NCBI GenBank assembly: GCA_964057225.1
Contig: OZ059899.1
Span: 4,526,001 to 4,590,000 of the forward strand
DNA: 64,000 nt
Reading direction: 5' to 3'
Origin: Auanema rhodensis
Lineage: Eukaryota > Animalia > Nematoda
A program made the translations under genes and the position numbers. The notes beneath the pieces are model-generated. The model saw only the letters and a program-made list of their open reading frames with translations. It did not search any database and was not told the origin of the DNA. This document shows, one piece after another, positions 1 through 15,000 of the stretch (the stretch's first letter is position 1; each line of letters opens with the position of its first letter).

Positions 1-3000
1 CGATCTGTGTTATCAGATTTGCGCTAGCTTAAAAATGCACCGAGATATCAACTGATATATGTTCACACTTATATCCTCGATTTTCACCCTGAAGAATCAA
101 TTTTTTCATTGAATAACATTGTCCATCGTCTTTGCCTTGAAAAAAGAAATCTAAAAACATCTACTTTTTGCTAAATTATTTTGAAATTTTTCGAAAAAAT
201 TTTTGTCAAAATGTTTTTGGAAGCAATGTTGAGTGTACATGGAAACTCAACATACACTAATGCATCATTTTTCAAACGATCATAACTGATTTTTGTATTA
301 AGCGTTTCTCAATGTAGTATAGTGCATTCGATGCGGATTTTTAAGCTGCGTCGATCTGTGTTATCAGATTTGCGCTAGCTTAAAAATGCACCGAGATATC
401 AACTGATATAAGTTCACACTTATATCCTCGATTTTCACCCTGAAGAATCAATTTTTTCGTTGAATAACATTGTCCATCGTCTTTGCCTTGAAAAAAGGAA
501 TCTAGAAGCATCTACTTTTTGCTAAATTATTTTGAAATTTTTCGAAAAAATTTTTGTCAAAATGTTTTTGGAAGCAATGTTGAGTGTACATGGAAACTCA
601 ACATACACTAATGCATCATTTTTCAAACGATCATAACTGATTTTTGTATTAAGCGTTTCTCAATGTTGTATAGTGCATTCGATGCGGATTTTTAAGCTGC
701 GTCGATCTGTGTTATCAGATTTGCGCTAGCTTAAAAATGCACCGAGATATCAACTGATATATGTTCACACTTATATCCTCGATTTTCACCCTGAAGAATC
801 AATTTTTTCATTGAATAACATTGTCCATCGTCTTTGCCTTGAAAAAAGAAATCTAAAAACATCTACTTTTTGCTAAATTATTTTGAAATTTTTCGAAAAA
901 ATTTTTGTCAAAATGTTTTTGGAAGCAATGTTGAGTGTACATGGAAACTCAACATACACTAATGCATCATTTTTCAAACGATCATAACTGATTTTTGTAT
1001 TAAGCGTTTCTCAATGTAGTATAGTGCATTCGATGCGGATTTTTAAGCTGCGTCGATCTGTGTTATCAGATTTGCGCTAGCTTAAAAATGCACCGAGATA
1101 TCAACTGATATAAGTTCACACTTATATCCTCGATTTTCACCCTGAAGAATCAATTTTTTCGTTGAATAACATTGTCCATCGTCTTTGCCTTGAAAAAAGG
1201 AATCTAGAAGCATCTACTTTTTGCTAAATTATTTTGAAATTTTTCGAAAAAATTTTTGTCAAAATGTTTTTGGAAGCAATGTTGAGTGTACATGGAAACT
1301 CAACATACACTAATGCATCATTTTTCAAACGATCATAACTGATTTTTGTATTAAGCGTTTCTCAATGTTGTATAGTGCATTCGATGCGGATTTTTAAGCT
1401 GCGTCGATCTGTGTTATCAGATTTGCGCTAGCTTAAAAATGCACCGAGATATCAACTGATATATGTTCACACTTATATCCTCGATTTTCACCCTGAAGAA
1501 TCAATTTTTTCATTGAATAACATTGTCCATCGTCTTTGCCTTGAAAAAAGAAATCTAAAAACATCTACTTTTTGCTAAATTATTTTGAAATTTTTCGAAA
1601 AAATTTTTGTCAAAATGTTTTTGGAAGCAATGTTGAGTGTACATGGAAACTCAACATACACTAATGCATCATTTTTCAAACGATCATAACTGATTTTTGT
1701 ATTAAGCGTTTTTCAATGTAGTATAGTGCATTCGATGCGGATTTTTAAGCTGCGTCGATCTGTGTTATCAGATTTGCGCTAGCTTAAAAATGCACCGAGA
1801 TATCAACTGATATATGTTCACACTTATATCCTCGATTTTCACCCTGAAGAATCAATTTTTTCATTGAATAACATTGTCCATCGTCTTTGCCTTGAAAAAA
1901 GGAATCTAGAAGCATCTACTTTTTGCTAAATTATTTTGAAATTTTTCGAAAAAATTTTTGTCAAAATGTTTTTGGAAGCAATGTTGAGTGTACATGGAAA
2001 CTCAACATACACTAATGCATCATTTTTCAAACGATCATAACTGATTTTTGTATTAAGCGTTTCTCAATGTAGTATAGTGCATTCGATGCGGATTTTTAAG
2101 CTGCGTCGATCTGTGTTATCAGATTTGCGCTAGCTTAAAAATGCACCGAGATATCAACTGATATATGTTCACACTTATATCCTCGATTTTCACCCTGAAG
2201 AATCAATTTTTTCATTGAATAACATTGTCCATCGTCTTTGCCTTGAAAAAAGAAATCTAAAAACATCTACTTTTTGCTAAATTATTTTGAAATTTTCCGA
2301 AAAAATTTTTGTCAAAATGTTTTTGGAAGCAATGTTGAGTGTACATGGAAACTCAACATACACTAATGCATCATTTTTCAAACGATCATAACTGATTTTT
2401 GTATTAAGCGTTTCTCAATGTAGTATAGTGCATTCGATGCGGATTTTTAAGCTGCGTCGATCTGTGTTATCAGATTTGCGCTAGCTTAAAAATGCACCGA
2501 GATATCAACTGATATAAGTTCACACTTATATCCTCGATTTTCACCCTGAAGAATCAATTTTTTCGTTGAATAACATTGTCCATCGTCTTTGCCTTGAAAA
2601 AAGGAATCTAGAAGCATCTACTTTTTGCTAAATTATTTTGAAATTTTTCGAAAAAATTTTTGTCAAAATGTTTTTGGAAGCAATGTTGAGTGTACATGGA
2701 AACTCAACATACACTAATGCATCATTTTTCAAACGATCATAACTGATTTTTGTATTAAGCGTTTCTCAATGTAGTATAGTGCATTCGATGCGGATTTTTA
2801 AGCTGCGTCGATCTGTGTTATCAGATTTGCGCTAGCTTAAAAATGCACCGAGATATCAACTGATATAAGTTCACACTTATATCCTCGATTTTCACCCTGA
2901 AGAATCAATTTTTTCGTTGAATAACATTGTCCATCGTCTTTGCCTTGAAAAAAGGAATCTAGAAGCATCTACTTTTTGCTAAATTATTTTGAAATTTTTC

Positions 3001-6000
3001 GAAAAAATTTTTGTCAAAATGTTTTTGGAAGCAATGTTGAGTGTACATGGAAACTCAACATACACTAATGCATCATTTTTCAAACGATCATAACTGATTT
3101 TTGTATTAAGCGTTTCTCAATGTTGTATAGTGCATTCGATGCGGATTTTTAAGCTGCGTCGATCTGTGTTATCAGATTTGCGCTAGCTTAAAAATGCACC
3201 GAGATATCAACTGATATATGTTCACACTTATATCCTCGATTTTCACCCTGAAGAATCAATTTTTTCATTGAATAACATTGTCCATCGTCTTTGCCTTGAA
3301 AAAAGAAATCTAAAAACATCTACTTTTTGCTAAATTATTTTGAAATTTTTCGAAAAAATTTTTGTCAAAATGTTTTTGGAAGCAATGTTGAGTGTACATG
3401 GAAACTCAACATACACTAATGCATCATTTTTCAAACGATCATAACTGATTTTTGTATTAAGCGTTTTTCAATGTAGTATAGTGCATTCGATGCGGATTTT
3501 TAAGCTGCGTCGATCTGTGTTATCAGATTTGCGCTAGCTTAAAAATGCACCGAGATATCAACTGATATATGTTCACACTTATATCCTCGATTTTCACCCT
3601 GAAGAATCAATTTTTTCATTGAATAACATTGTCCATCGTCTTTGCCTTGAAAAAAGGAATCTAGAAGCATCTACTTTTTGCTAAATTATTTTGAAATTTT
3701 TCGAAAAAATTTTTGTCAAAATGTTTTTGGAAGCAATGTTGAGTGTACATGGAAACTCAACATACACTAATGCATCATTTTTCAAACGATCATAACTGAT
3801 TTTTGTATTAAGCGTTTCTCAATGTAGTATAGTGCATTCGATGCGGATTTTTAAGCTGCGTCGATCTGTGTTATCAGATTTGCGCTAGCTTAAAAATGCA
3901 CCGAGATATCAACTGATATATGTTCACACTTATATCCTCGATTTTCACCCTGAAGAATCAATTTTTTCATTGAATAACATTGTCCATCGTCTTTGCCTTG
4001 AAAAAAGAAATCTAAAAACATCTACTTTTTGCTAAATTATTTTGAAATTTTTCGAAAAAAATTTTGTCAAAATGTTTTTGGAAGCAATGTTGAGTGTACA
4101 TGGAAACTCAACATACACTAATGCATCATTTTTCAAACGATCATAACTGATTTTTGTATTAAGCGTTTCTCAATGTAGTATAGTGCATTCGATGCGGATT
4201 TTTAAGCTGCGTCGATCTGTGTTATCAGATTTGCGCTAGCTTAAAAATGCACCGAGATATCAACTGATATATGTTCACACTTATATCCTCGATTTTCACC
4301 CTGAAGAATCAATTTTTTCATTGAATAACATTGTCCATCGTCTTTGCCTTGAGAAAAGGAATCTAGAAGCATCTACTTTTTGCTAAATTATTTTGAAATT
4401 TTTCGAAAAAATTTTTGTCAAAATGTTTTTGGAAGCAATGTTGAGTGTACATGGAAACTCAACATACACTAATGCATCATTTTTCAAACGATCATAACTG
4501 ATTTTTGTATTAAGCGTTTCTCAATGTAGTATAGTGCATTCGATGCGGATTTTTAAGCTGCGTCGATCTGTGTTATCAGATTTGCGCTAGCTTAAAAATG
4601 CACCGAGATATCAACTGATATATGTTCACACTTATATCCTCGATTTTCACCCTGAAGAATCAATTTTTTCATTGAATAACATTGTCCATCGTCTTTGCCT
4701 TGAAAAAAGAAATCTAAAAACATCTACTTTTTGCTAAATTATTTTGAAATTTTTCGAAAAAATTTTTGTCAAAATGTTTTTGGAAGCAATGTTGAGTGTA
4801 CATGGAAACTCAACATACACTAATGCATCATTTTTCAAACGATCATAACTGATTTTTGTATTAAGCGTTTCTCAATGTAGTATAGTGCATTCGATGCGGA
4901 ATTTTAAGCTGCGTCGATCTGTGTTATCAGATTTGCGCTAGCTTAAAAATGCACCGAGATATCAACTGATATAAGTTCACACTTATATCCTCGATTTTCA
5001 CCCTGAAGAATCAATTTTTTCGTTGAATAACATTGTCCATCGTCTTTGCCTTGAAAAAAGGAATCTAGAAGCATCTACTTTTTGCTAAATTATTTTGAAA
5101 TTTTTCGAAAGAATTTTTGTCAAAATGTTTTTGGAAGCAATGTTGAGTGTACATGGAAACTCAACATACACTAATGCATCATTTTTCAAACGATCATAAC
5201 TGATTTTTGTATTAAGCGTTTCTCAATGTAGTATAGTGCATTCGATGCGGATTTTTAAGCTGCGTCGATCTGTGTTATCAGATTTGCGCTAGCTTAAAAA
5301 TGCACCGAGATATCAACTGATATAAGTTCACACTTATATCCTCGATTTTCACCCTGAAGAATCAATTTTTTCGTTGAATAACATTGTCCATCGTCTTTGC
5401 CTTGAAAAATGGAATCTAAAAACATCTACTTTTTGCTAAATTATTTTGAAATTTTTCGAAAAAATTTTTTTCAAAATGTTTTTGGAAGCAATGTTGAGTG
5501 TACATGGAAACTCAACATACACTAATGCATCATTTTTCAAACGATCATAACTAATTTTTGTATTAAGCGTTTCTCAATGTAGTATAGTGCATTCGATGCG
5601 GATTTTTAAGCTGCGTCGATCTGTGTTATCAGATTTGCGCTAGCTTAAAAATGCACCGAGATATCAACTGATATAAGTTCACACTTATATCCTCGATTTT
5701 CACCCTGAAGAATTAATTTTTTCGTTGAATAACATTGTCCATCGTCTTTGCCTTGAAAAATGGAATCTAAAAACATCTACTTTTTGCTAAATTATTTTGA
5801 AATTTTTCGAAAAAATTTTTGTCAAAATGTTTTTGGAAGCAATGTTGAGTGTACATGGAAACTCAACATACACTAATGCATCATTTTTCAAACGATCATA
5901 ACTAATTTTTGTATCAAGTGTTTCTCAATGTAGTATAGTGCATTCGATGCGGATTTTTAAGCTGCGTCGATCTGTGTTATCAGATTTGCGCTAGCTTAAA

Positions 6001-9000
6001 AATGCACCGAGATATCAACTGATATATGTTCACACTTATATCCTCGATTTTCACCCTGAAGAATCAATTTTTTCATTGAATAACATTGTCCATCGTCTTT
6101 GCCTTGAAAGAAGAAATCTAAAAACATCTACTTTTTGCTAAATTATTTTGAAATTTTTCGAAAAAATTTTTGTCAAAATGTTTTTGGAAGCAATGTTGAG
6201 TGTACATGGAAACTCAACATACACTAATGCATCATTTTTCAAACGATCATAACTGATTTTTGTATTAAGCGTTTCTCAATGTAGTATAGTGCATTCGATG
6301 CGGATTTTTAAGCTGCGTCGATCTGTGTTATCAGATTTGCGCTAGCTTAAAAATGCACCGAGATATCAACTGATATAAGTTCACACTTATATCCTCGATT
6401 TTCACCCTGAAGAATCAATTTTTTCGTTGAATAACATTGTCCATCGTCTTTGCCTTGAAAAAAGGAATCTAGAAGCATCTACTTTTTGCTAAATTATTTT
6501 GAAATTTTTCGAAAAAATTTTTGTCAAAATGTTTTTGGAAGCAATGTTGAGTGTACATGGAAACTCAACATACACTAATGCATCATTTTTCAAACGATCA
6601 TAACTAATTTTTGTATCAAGTGTTTCTCAATGTAGTATAGTGCATTCGATGCGGATTTTTAAGCTGCGTCGATCTGTGTTATCAGATTTGCGCTAGCTTA
6701 AAAATGCACCGAGATATCAACTGATATATGTTCACACTTATATCCTCGATTTTCACCCTGAAGAATCAATTTTTTCATTGAATAACATTGTCCATCGTCT
6801 TTGCCTTGAAAGAAGAAATCTAAAAACATCTACTTTTTGCTAAATTATTTTGAAATTTTTCGAAAAAATTTTTGTCAAAATGTTTTTGGAAGCAATGTTG
6901 AGTGTACATGGAAACTCAACATACACTAATGCATCATTTTTCAAACGATCATAACTGATTTTTGTATTAAGCGTTTCTCAATGTAGTATAGTGCATTCGA
7001 TGCGGATTTTTAAGCTGCGTCGATCTGTGTTATCAGATTTGCGCTAGCTTAAAAATGCACCGAGATATCAACTGATATAAGTTCACACTTATATCCTCGA
7101 TTTTCACCCTGAAGAATCAATTTTTTCGTTGAATAACATTGTCCATCGTCTTTGCCTTGAAAAAAGGAATCTAGAAGCATCTACTTTTTGCTAAATTATT
7201 TTGAAATTTTTCGAAAAAATTTTTGTCAAAATGTTTTTGGAAGCAATGTTGAGTGTACATGGAAACTCAACATACACTAATGCATCATTTTTCAAACGAT
7301 CATAACTGATTTTTGTATTAAGCGTTTCTCAATGTAGTATAGTGCATTCGATGCGGATTTTTAAGCTGCGTCGATCTGTGTTATCAGATTTGCGCTAGCT
7401 TAAAAATGCACCGAGATATCAACTGATATATGTTCACACTTATATCCTCGATTTTCACCCTGAAGAATCAATTTTTTCATTGAATAACATTGTCCATCGT
7501 CTTTGCCTTGAAAAAAGAAATCTAAAAACATCTACTTTTTGCTAAATTATTTTGAAATTTTTCGAAAAAATTTTTGTCAAAATGTTTTTGGAAGCAATGT
7601 TGAGTGTACATGGAAACTCAACATACACTAATGCATCATTTTTCAAACGATCATAACTGATTTTTGTATTAAGCGTTTCTCAATGTAGTATAGTGCATTC
7701 GATGCGGATTTTTAAGCTGCGTCGATCTGTGTTATCAGATTTGCGCTAGCTTAAAAATGCACCGAGATATCAACTGATATATGTTCACACTTATATCCTC
7801 GATTTTCACCCTGAAGAATCAATTTTTTCATTGAATAACATTGTCCATCGTCTTTGCCTTGAGAAAAGGAATCTAGAAGCATCTACTTTTTGCTAAATTA
7901 TTTTGAAATTTTTCGAAAAAATTTTTGTCAAAATGTTTTTGGAAGCAATGTTGAGTGTACATGGAAACTCAACATACACTAATGCATCATTTTTCAAACG
8001 ATCATAACTGATTTTTGTATTAAGCGTTTCTCAATGTAGTATAGTGCATTCGATGCGGATTTTTAAGCTGCGTCGATCTGTGTTATCAGATTTGCGCTAG
8101 CTTAAAAATGCACCGAGATATCAACTGATATAAGTTCACACTTATATCCTCGATTTTCACCCTGAAGAATCAATTTTTTCGTTGAATAACATTGTCCATC
8201 GTCTTTGCCTTGAAAAAAGGAATCTAGAAGCATCTACTTTTTGCTAAATTATTTTGAAATTTTTCGAAAAAATTTTTGTCAAAATGTTTTTGGAAGCAAT
8301 GTTGAGTGTACATGGAAACTCAACATACACTAATGCATCATTTTTCAAACGATCATAACTGATTTTTGTATTAAGCGTTTCTCAATGTTGTATAGTGCAT
8401 TCGATGCGGATTTTTAAGCTGCGTCGATCTGTGTTATCAGATTTGCGCTAGCTTAAAAATGCACCGAGATATCAACTGATATATGTTCACACTTATATCC
8501 TCGATTTTCACCCTGAAGAATCAATTTTTTCATTGAATAACATTGTCCATCGTCTTTGCCTTGAAAAAAGAAATCTAAAAACATCTACTTTTTGCTAAAT
8601 TATTTTGAAATTTTTCGAAAAAATTTTTGTCAAAATGTTTTTGGAAGCAATGTTGAGTGTACATGGAAACTCAACATACACTAATGCATCATTTTTCAAA
8701 CGATCATAACTGATTTTTGTATTAAGCGTTTTTCAATGTAGTATAGTGCATTCGATGCGGATTTTTAAGCTGCGTCGATCTGTGTTATCAGATTTGCGCT
8801 AGCTTAAAAATGCACCGAGATATCAACTGATATATGTTCACACTTATATCCTCGATTTTCACCCTGAAGAATCAATTTTTTCATTGAATAACATTGTCCA
8901 TCGTCTTTGCCTTGAAAAAAGGAATCTAGAAGCATCTACTTTTTGCTAAATTATTTTGAAATTTTTCGAAAAAATTTTTGTCAAAATGTTTTTGGAAGCA

Positions 9001-12000
9001 ATGTTGAGTGTACATGGAAACTCAACATACACTAATGCATCATTTTTCAAACGATCATAACTGATTTTTGTATTAAGCGTTTCTCAATGTAGTATAGTGC
9101 ATTCGATGCGGATTTTTAAGCTGCGTCGATCTGTGTTATCAGATTTGCGCTAGCTTAAAAATGCACCGAGATATCAACTGATATATGTTCACACTTATAT
9201 CCTCGATTTTCACCCTGAAGAATCAATTTTTTCATTGAATAACATTGTCCATCGTCTTTGCCTTGAAAAAAGAAATCTAAAAACATCTACTTTTTGCTAA
9301 ATTATTTTGAAATTTTTCGAAAAAAATTTTGTCAAAATGTTTTTGGAAGCAATGTTGAGTGTACATGGAAACTCAACATACACTAATGCATCATTTTTCA
9401 AACGATCATAACTGATTTTTGTATTAAGCGTTTCTCAATGTAGTATAGTGCATTCGATGCGGATTTTTAAGCTGCGTCGATCTGTGTTATCAGATTTGCG
9501 CTAGCTTAAAAATGCACCGAGATATCAACTGATATATGTTCACACTTATATCCTCGATTTTCACCCTGAAGAATCAATTTTTTCATTGAATAACATTGTC
9601 CATCGTCTTTGCCTTGAGAAAAGGAATCTAGAAGCATCTACTTTTTGCTAAATTATTTTGAAATTTTTCGAAAAAATTTTTGTCAAAATGTTTTTGGAAG
9701 CAATGTTGAGTGTACATGGAAACTCAACATACACTAATGCATCATTTTTCAAACGATCATAACTGATTTTTGTATTAAGCGTTTCTCAATGTAGTATAGT
9801 GCATTCGATGCGGATTTTTAAGCTGCGTCGATCTGTGTTATCAGATTTGCGCTAGCTTAAAAATGCACCGAGATATCAACTGATATATGTTCACACTTAT
9901 ATCCTCGATTTTCACCCTGAAGAATCAATTTTTTCATTGAATAACATTGTCCATCGTCTTTGCCTTGAAAAAAGAAATCTAAAAACATCTACTTTTTGCT
10001 AAATTATTTTGAAATTTTTCGAAAAAATTTTTGTCAAAATGTTTTTGGAAGCAATGTTGAGTGTACATGGAAACTCAACATACACTAATGCATCATTTTT
10101 CAAACGATCATAACTGATTTTTGTATTAAGCGTTTCTCAATGTAGTATAGTGCATTCGATGCGGAATTTTAAGCTGCGTCGATCTGTGTTATCAGATTTG
10201 CGCTAGCTTAAAAATGCACCGAGATATCAACTGATATAAGTTCACACTTATATCCTCGATTTTCACCCTGAAGAATCAATTTTTTCGTTGAATAACATTG
10301 TCCATCGTCTTTGCCTTGAAAAAAGGAATCTAGAAGCATCTACTTTTTGCTAAATTATTTTGAAATTTTTCGAAAGAATTTTTGTCAAAATGTTTTTGGA
10401 AGCAATGTTGAGTGTACATGGAAACTCAACATACACTAATGCATCATTTTTCAAACGATCATAACTGATTTTTTTATTAAGCGTTTCTCAATGTAGTATA
10501 GTGCATTCGATGCGGATTTTTAAGCTGCGTCGATCTGTGTTATCAGATTTGCGCTAGCTTAAAAATGCACCGAGATATCAACTGATATATGTTCACACTT
10601 ATATCCTCGATTTTCACCCTGAAGAATCAATTTTTTCATTGAATAACATTGTCCATCGTCTTTGCCTTGAAAAAAGAAATCTAAAAACATCTACTTTTTG
10701 CTAAATTATTTTGAAATTTTTCGAAAAAATTTTTGTCAAAATGTTTTTGGAAGCAATGTTGAGTGTACATGGAAACTCAACATACACTAATGCATCATTT
10801 TTCAAACGATCATAACTGATTTTTGTATTAAGCGTTTCTCAATGTAGTATAGTGCATTCGATGCGGATTTTTAAGCTGCGTCGATCTGTGTTATCAGATT
10901 TGCGCTAGCTTAAAAATGCACCGAGATATCAACTGATATAAGTTCACACTTATATCCTCGATTTTCACCCTGAAGAATCAATTTTTTCGTTGAATAACAT
11001 TGTCCATCGTCTTTGCCTTGAAAAATGGAATCTAAAAACATCTACTTTTTGCTAAATTATTTTGAAATTTTTCGAAAAAATTTTTTTCAAAATGTTTTTG
11101 GAAGCAATGTTGAGTGTACATGGAAACTCAACATACACTAATGCATCATTTTTCAAACGATCATAACTAATTTTTGTATCAAGTGTTTCTCAATGTAGTA
11201 TAGTGCATTCGATGCGGATTTTTAAGCTGCGTCGATCTGTGTTATCAGATTTGCGCTAGCTTAAAAATGCACCGAGATATCAACTGATATATGTTCACAC
11301 TTATATCCTCGATTTTCACCCTGAAGAATCAATTTTTTCATTGAATAACATTGTCCATCGTCTTTGCCTTGAAAGAAGAAATCTAAAAACATCTACTTTT
11401 TGCTAAATTATTTTGAAATTTTTCGAAAAAATTTTTGTCAAAATGTTTTTGGAAGCAATGTTGAGTGTACATGGAAACTCAACATACACTAATGCATCAT
11501 TTTTCAAACGATCATAACTGATTTTTGTATTAAGCGTTTCTCAATGTAGTATAGTGCATTCGATGCGGATTTTTAAGCTGCGTCGATCTGTGTTATCAGA
11601 TTTGCGCTAGCTTAAAAATGCACCGAGATATCAACTGATATAAGTTCACACTTATATCCTCGATTTTCACCCTGAAGAATCAATTTTTTCGTTGAATAAC
11701 ATTGTCCATCGTCTTTGCCTTGAAAAAAGGAATCTAGAAGCATCTACTTTTTGCTAAATTATTTTGAAATTTTTCGAAAAAATTTTTGTCAAAATGTTTT
11801 TGGAAGCAATGTTGAGTGTACATGGAAACTCAACATACACTAATGCATCATTTTTCAAACGATCATAACTAATTTTTGTATCAAGTGTTTCTCAATGTAG
11901 TATAGTGCATTCGATGCGGATTTTTAAGCTGCGTCGATCTGTGTTATCAGATTTGCGCTAGCTTAAAAATGCACCGAGATATCAACTGATATATGTTCAC

Positions 12001-15000
12001 ACTTATATCCTCGATTTTCACCCTGAAGAATCAATTTTTTCATTGAATAACATTGTCCATCGTCTTTGCCTTGAAAGAAGAAATCTAAAAACATCTACTT
12101 TTTGCTAAATTATTTTGAAATTTTTCGAAAAAATTTTTGTCAAAATGTTTTTGGAAGCAATGTTGAGTGTACATGGAAACTCAACATACACTAATGCATC
12201 ATTTTTCAAACGATCATAACTGATTTTTGTATTAAGCGTTTCTCAATGTAGTATAGTGCATTCGATGCGGATTTTTAAGCTGCGTCGATCTGTGTTATCA
12301 GATTTGCGCTAGCTTAAAAATGCACCGAGATATCAACTGATATAAGTTCACACTTATATCCTCGATTTTCACCCTGAAGAATCAATTTTTTCGTTGAATA
12401 ACATTGTCCATCGTCTTTGCCTTGAAAAAAGGAATCTAGAAGCATCTACTTTTTGCTAAATTATTTTGAAATTTTTCGAAAAAATTTTTGTCAAAATGTT
12501 TTTGGAAGCAATGTTGAGTGTACATGGAAACTCAACATACACTAATGCATCATTTTTCAAACGATCATAACTGATTTTTGTATTAAGCGTTTCTCAATGT
12601 AGTATAGTGCATTCGATGCGGATTTTTAAGCTGCGTCGATCTGTGTTATCAGATTTGCGCTAGCTTAAAAATGCACCGAGATATCAACTGATATATGTTC
12701 ACACTTATATCCTCGATTTTCACCCTGAAGAATCAATTTTTTCATTGAATAACATTGTCCATCGTCTTTGCCTTGAAAAAAGAAATCTAAAAACATCTAC
12801 TTTTTGCTAAATTATTTTGAAATTTTTCGAAAAAATTTTTGTCAAAATGTTTTTGGAAGCAATGTTGAGTGTACATGGAAACTCAACATACACTAATGCA
12901 TCATTTTTCAAACGATCATAACTGAATTTTGTATTAAGCGTTTCTCAATGTAGTATAGTGCATTCGATGCGGATTTTTAAGCTGCGTCGATCTGTGTTAT
13001 CAGATTTGCGCTAGCTTAAAAATGCACCGAGATATCAACTGATATATGTTCACACTTATATCCTCGATTTTCACCCTGAAGAATCAATTTTTTCATTGAA
13101 TAACATTGTCCATCGTCTTTGCCTTGAAAAAAGAAATCTAAAAACATCTACTTTTTGCTAAATTATTTTGAAATTTTTCGAAAAAATTTTTGTCAAAATG
13201 TTTTTGGAAGCAATGTTGAGTGTACATGGAAACTCAACATACACTAATGCATCATTTTTCAAACGATCATAACTGATTTTTGTATTAAGCGTTTCTCAAT
13301 GTAGTATAGTGCATTCGATGCGGATTTTTAAGCTGCGTCGATCTGTGTTATCAGATTTGCGCTAGCTTAAAAATGCACCGAGATATCAACTGATATAAGT
13401 TCACACTTATATCCTCGATTTTCACCCTGAAGAATTAATTTTTTCGTTGAATAACATTGTCCATCGTGTTTGCCTTGAAAAATGGAATCTAAAAACATCT
13501 ACTTTTTGCTAAATTATTTTGAAATTTTTCGAAAAAATTTTTGTCAAAATGTTTTTGGAAGCAATGTTGAGTGTACATGGAAACTCAACATACACTAATG
13601 CATCATTTTTCAAACGATCATAACTAATTTTTGTATCAAGTGTTTCTCAATGTAGTATAGTGCATTCGATGCGGATTTTTAAGCTGCGTCGATCTGTGTT
13701 ATCAGATTTGCGCTAGCTTAAAAATGCACCGAGATATCAACTGATATATGTTCACACTTATATCCTCGATTTTCACCCTGAAGAATCAATTTTTTCATTG
13801 AATAACATTGTCCATCGTCTTTGCCTTGAAAGAAGAAATCTAAAAACATCTACTTTTTGCTAAATTATTTTGAAATTTTTCGAAAAAATTTTTGTCAAAA
13901 TGTTTTTGGAAGCAATGTTGAGTGTACATGGAAACTCAACATACACTAATGCATCATTTTTCAAACGATCATAACTGATTTTTGTATTAAGCGTTTCTCA
14001 ATGTAGTATAGTGCATTCGATGCGGATTTTTAAGCTGCGTCGATCTGTGTTATCAGATTTGCGCTAGCTTAAAAATGCACCGAGATATCAACTGATATAA
14101 GTTCACACTTATATCCTCGATTTTCACCCTGAAGAATCAATTTTTTCGTTGAATAACATTGTCCATCGTCTTTGCCTTGAAAAAAGGAATCTAGAAGCAT
14201 CTACTTTTTGCTAAATTATTTTGAAATTTTTCGAAAAAATTTTTGTCAAAATGTTTTTGGAAGCAATGTTGAGTGTACATGGAAACTCAACATACACTAA
14301 TGCATCATTTTTCAAACGATCATAACTGATTTTTGTATTAAGCGTTTCTCAATGTAGTATAGTGCATTCGATGCGGATTTTTAAGCTGCGTCGATCTGTG
14401 TTATCAGATTTGCGCTAGCTTAAAAATGCACCGAGATATCAACTGATATATGTTCACACTTATATCCTCGATTTTCACCCTGAAGAATCAATTTTTTCAT
14501 TGAATAACATTGTCCATCGTCTTTGCCTTGAAAAAAGAAATCTAAAAACATCTACTTTTTGCTAAATTATTTTGAAATTTTTCGAAAAAATTTTTGTCAA
14601 AATGTTTTTGGAAGCAATGTTGAGTGTACATGGAAACTCAACATACACTAATGCATCATTTTTCAAACGATCATAACTGAATTTTGTATTAAGCGTTTCT
14701 CAATGTAGTATAGTGCATTCGATGCGGATTTTTAAGCTGCGTCGATCTGTGTTATCAGATTTGCGCTAGCTTAAAAATGCACCGAGATATCAACTGATAT
14801 ATGTTCACACTTATATCCTCGATTTTCACCCTGAAGAATCAATTTTTTCATTGAATAACATTGTCCATCGTCTTTGCCTTGAAAAAAGAAATCTAAAAAC
14901 ATCTACTTTTTGCTAAATTATTTTGAAATTTTTCGAAAAAATTTTTGTCAAAATGTTTTTGGAAGCAATGTTGAGTGTACATGGAAACTCAACATACACT

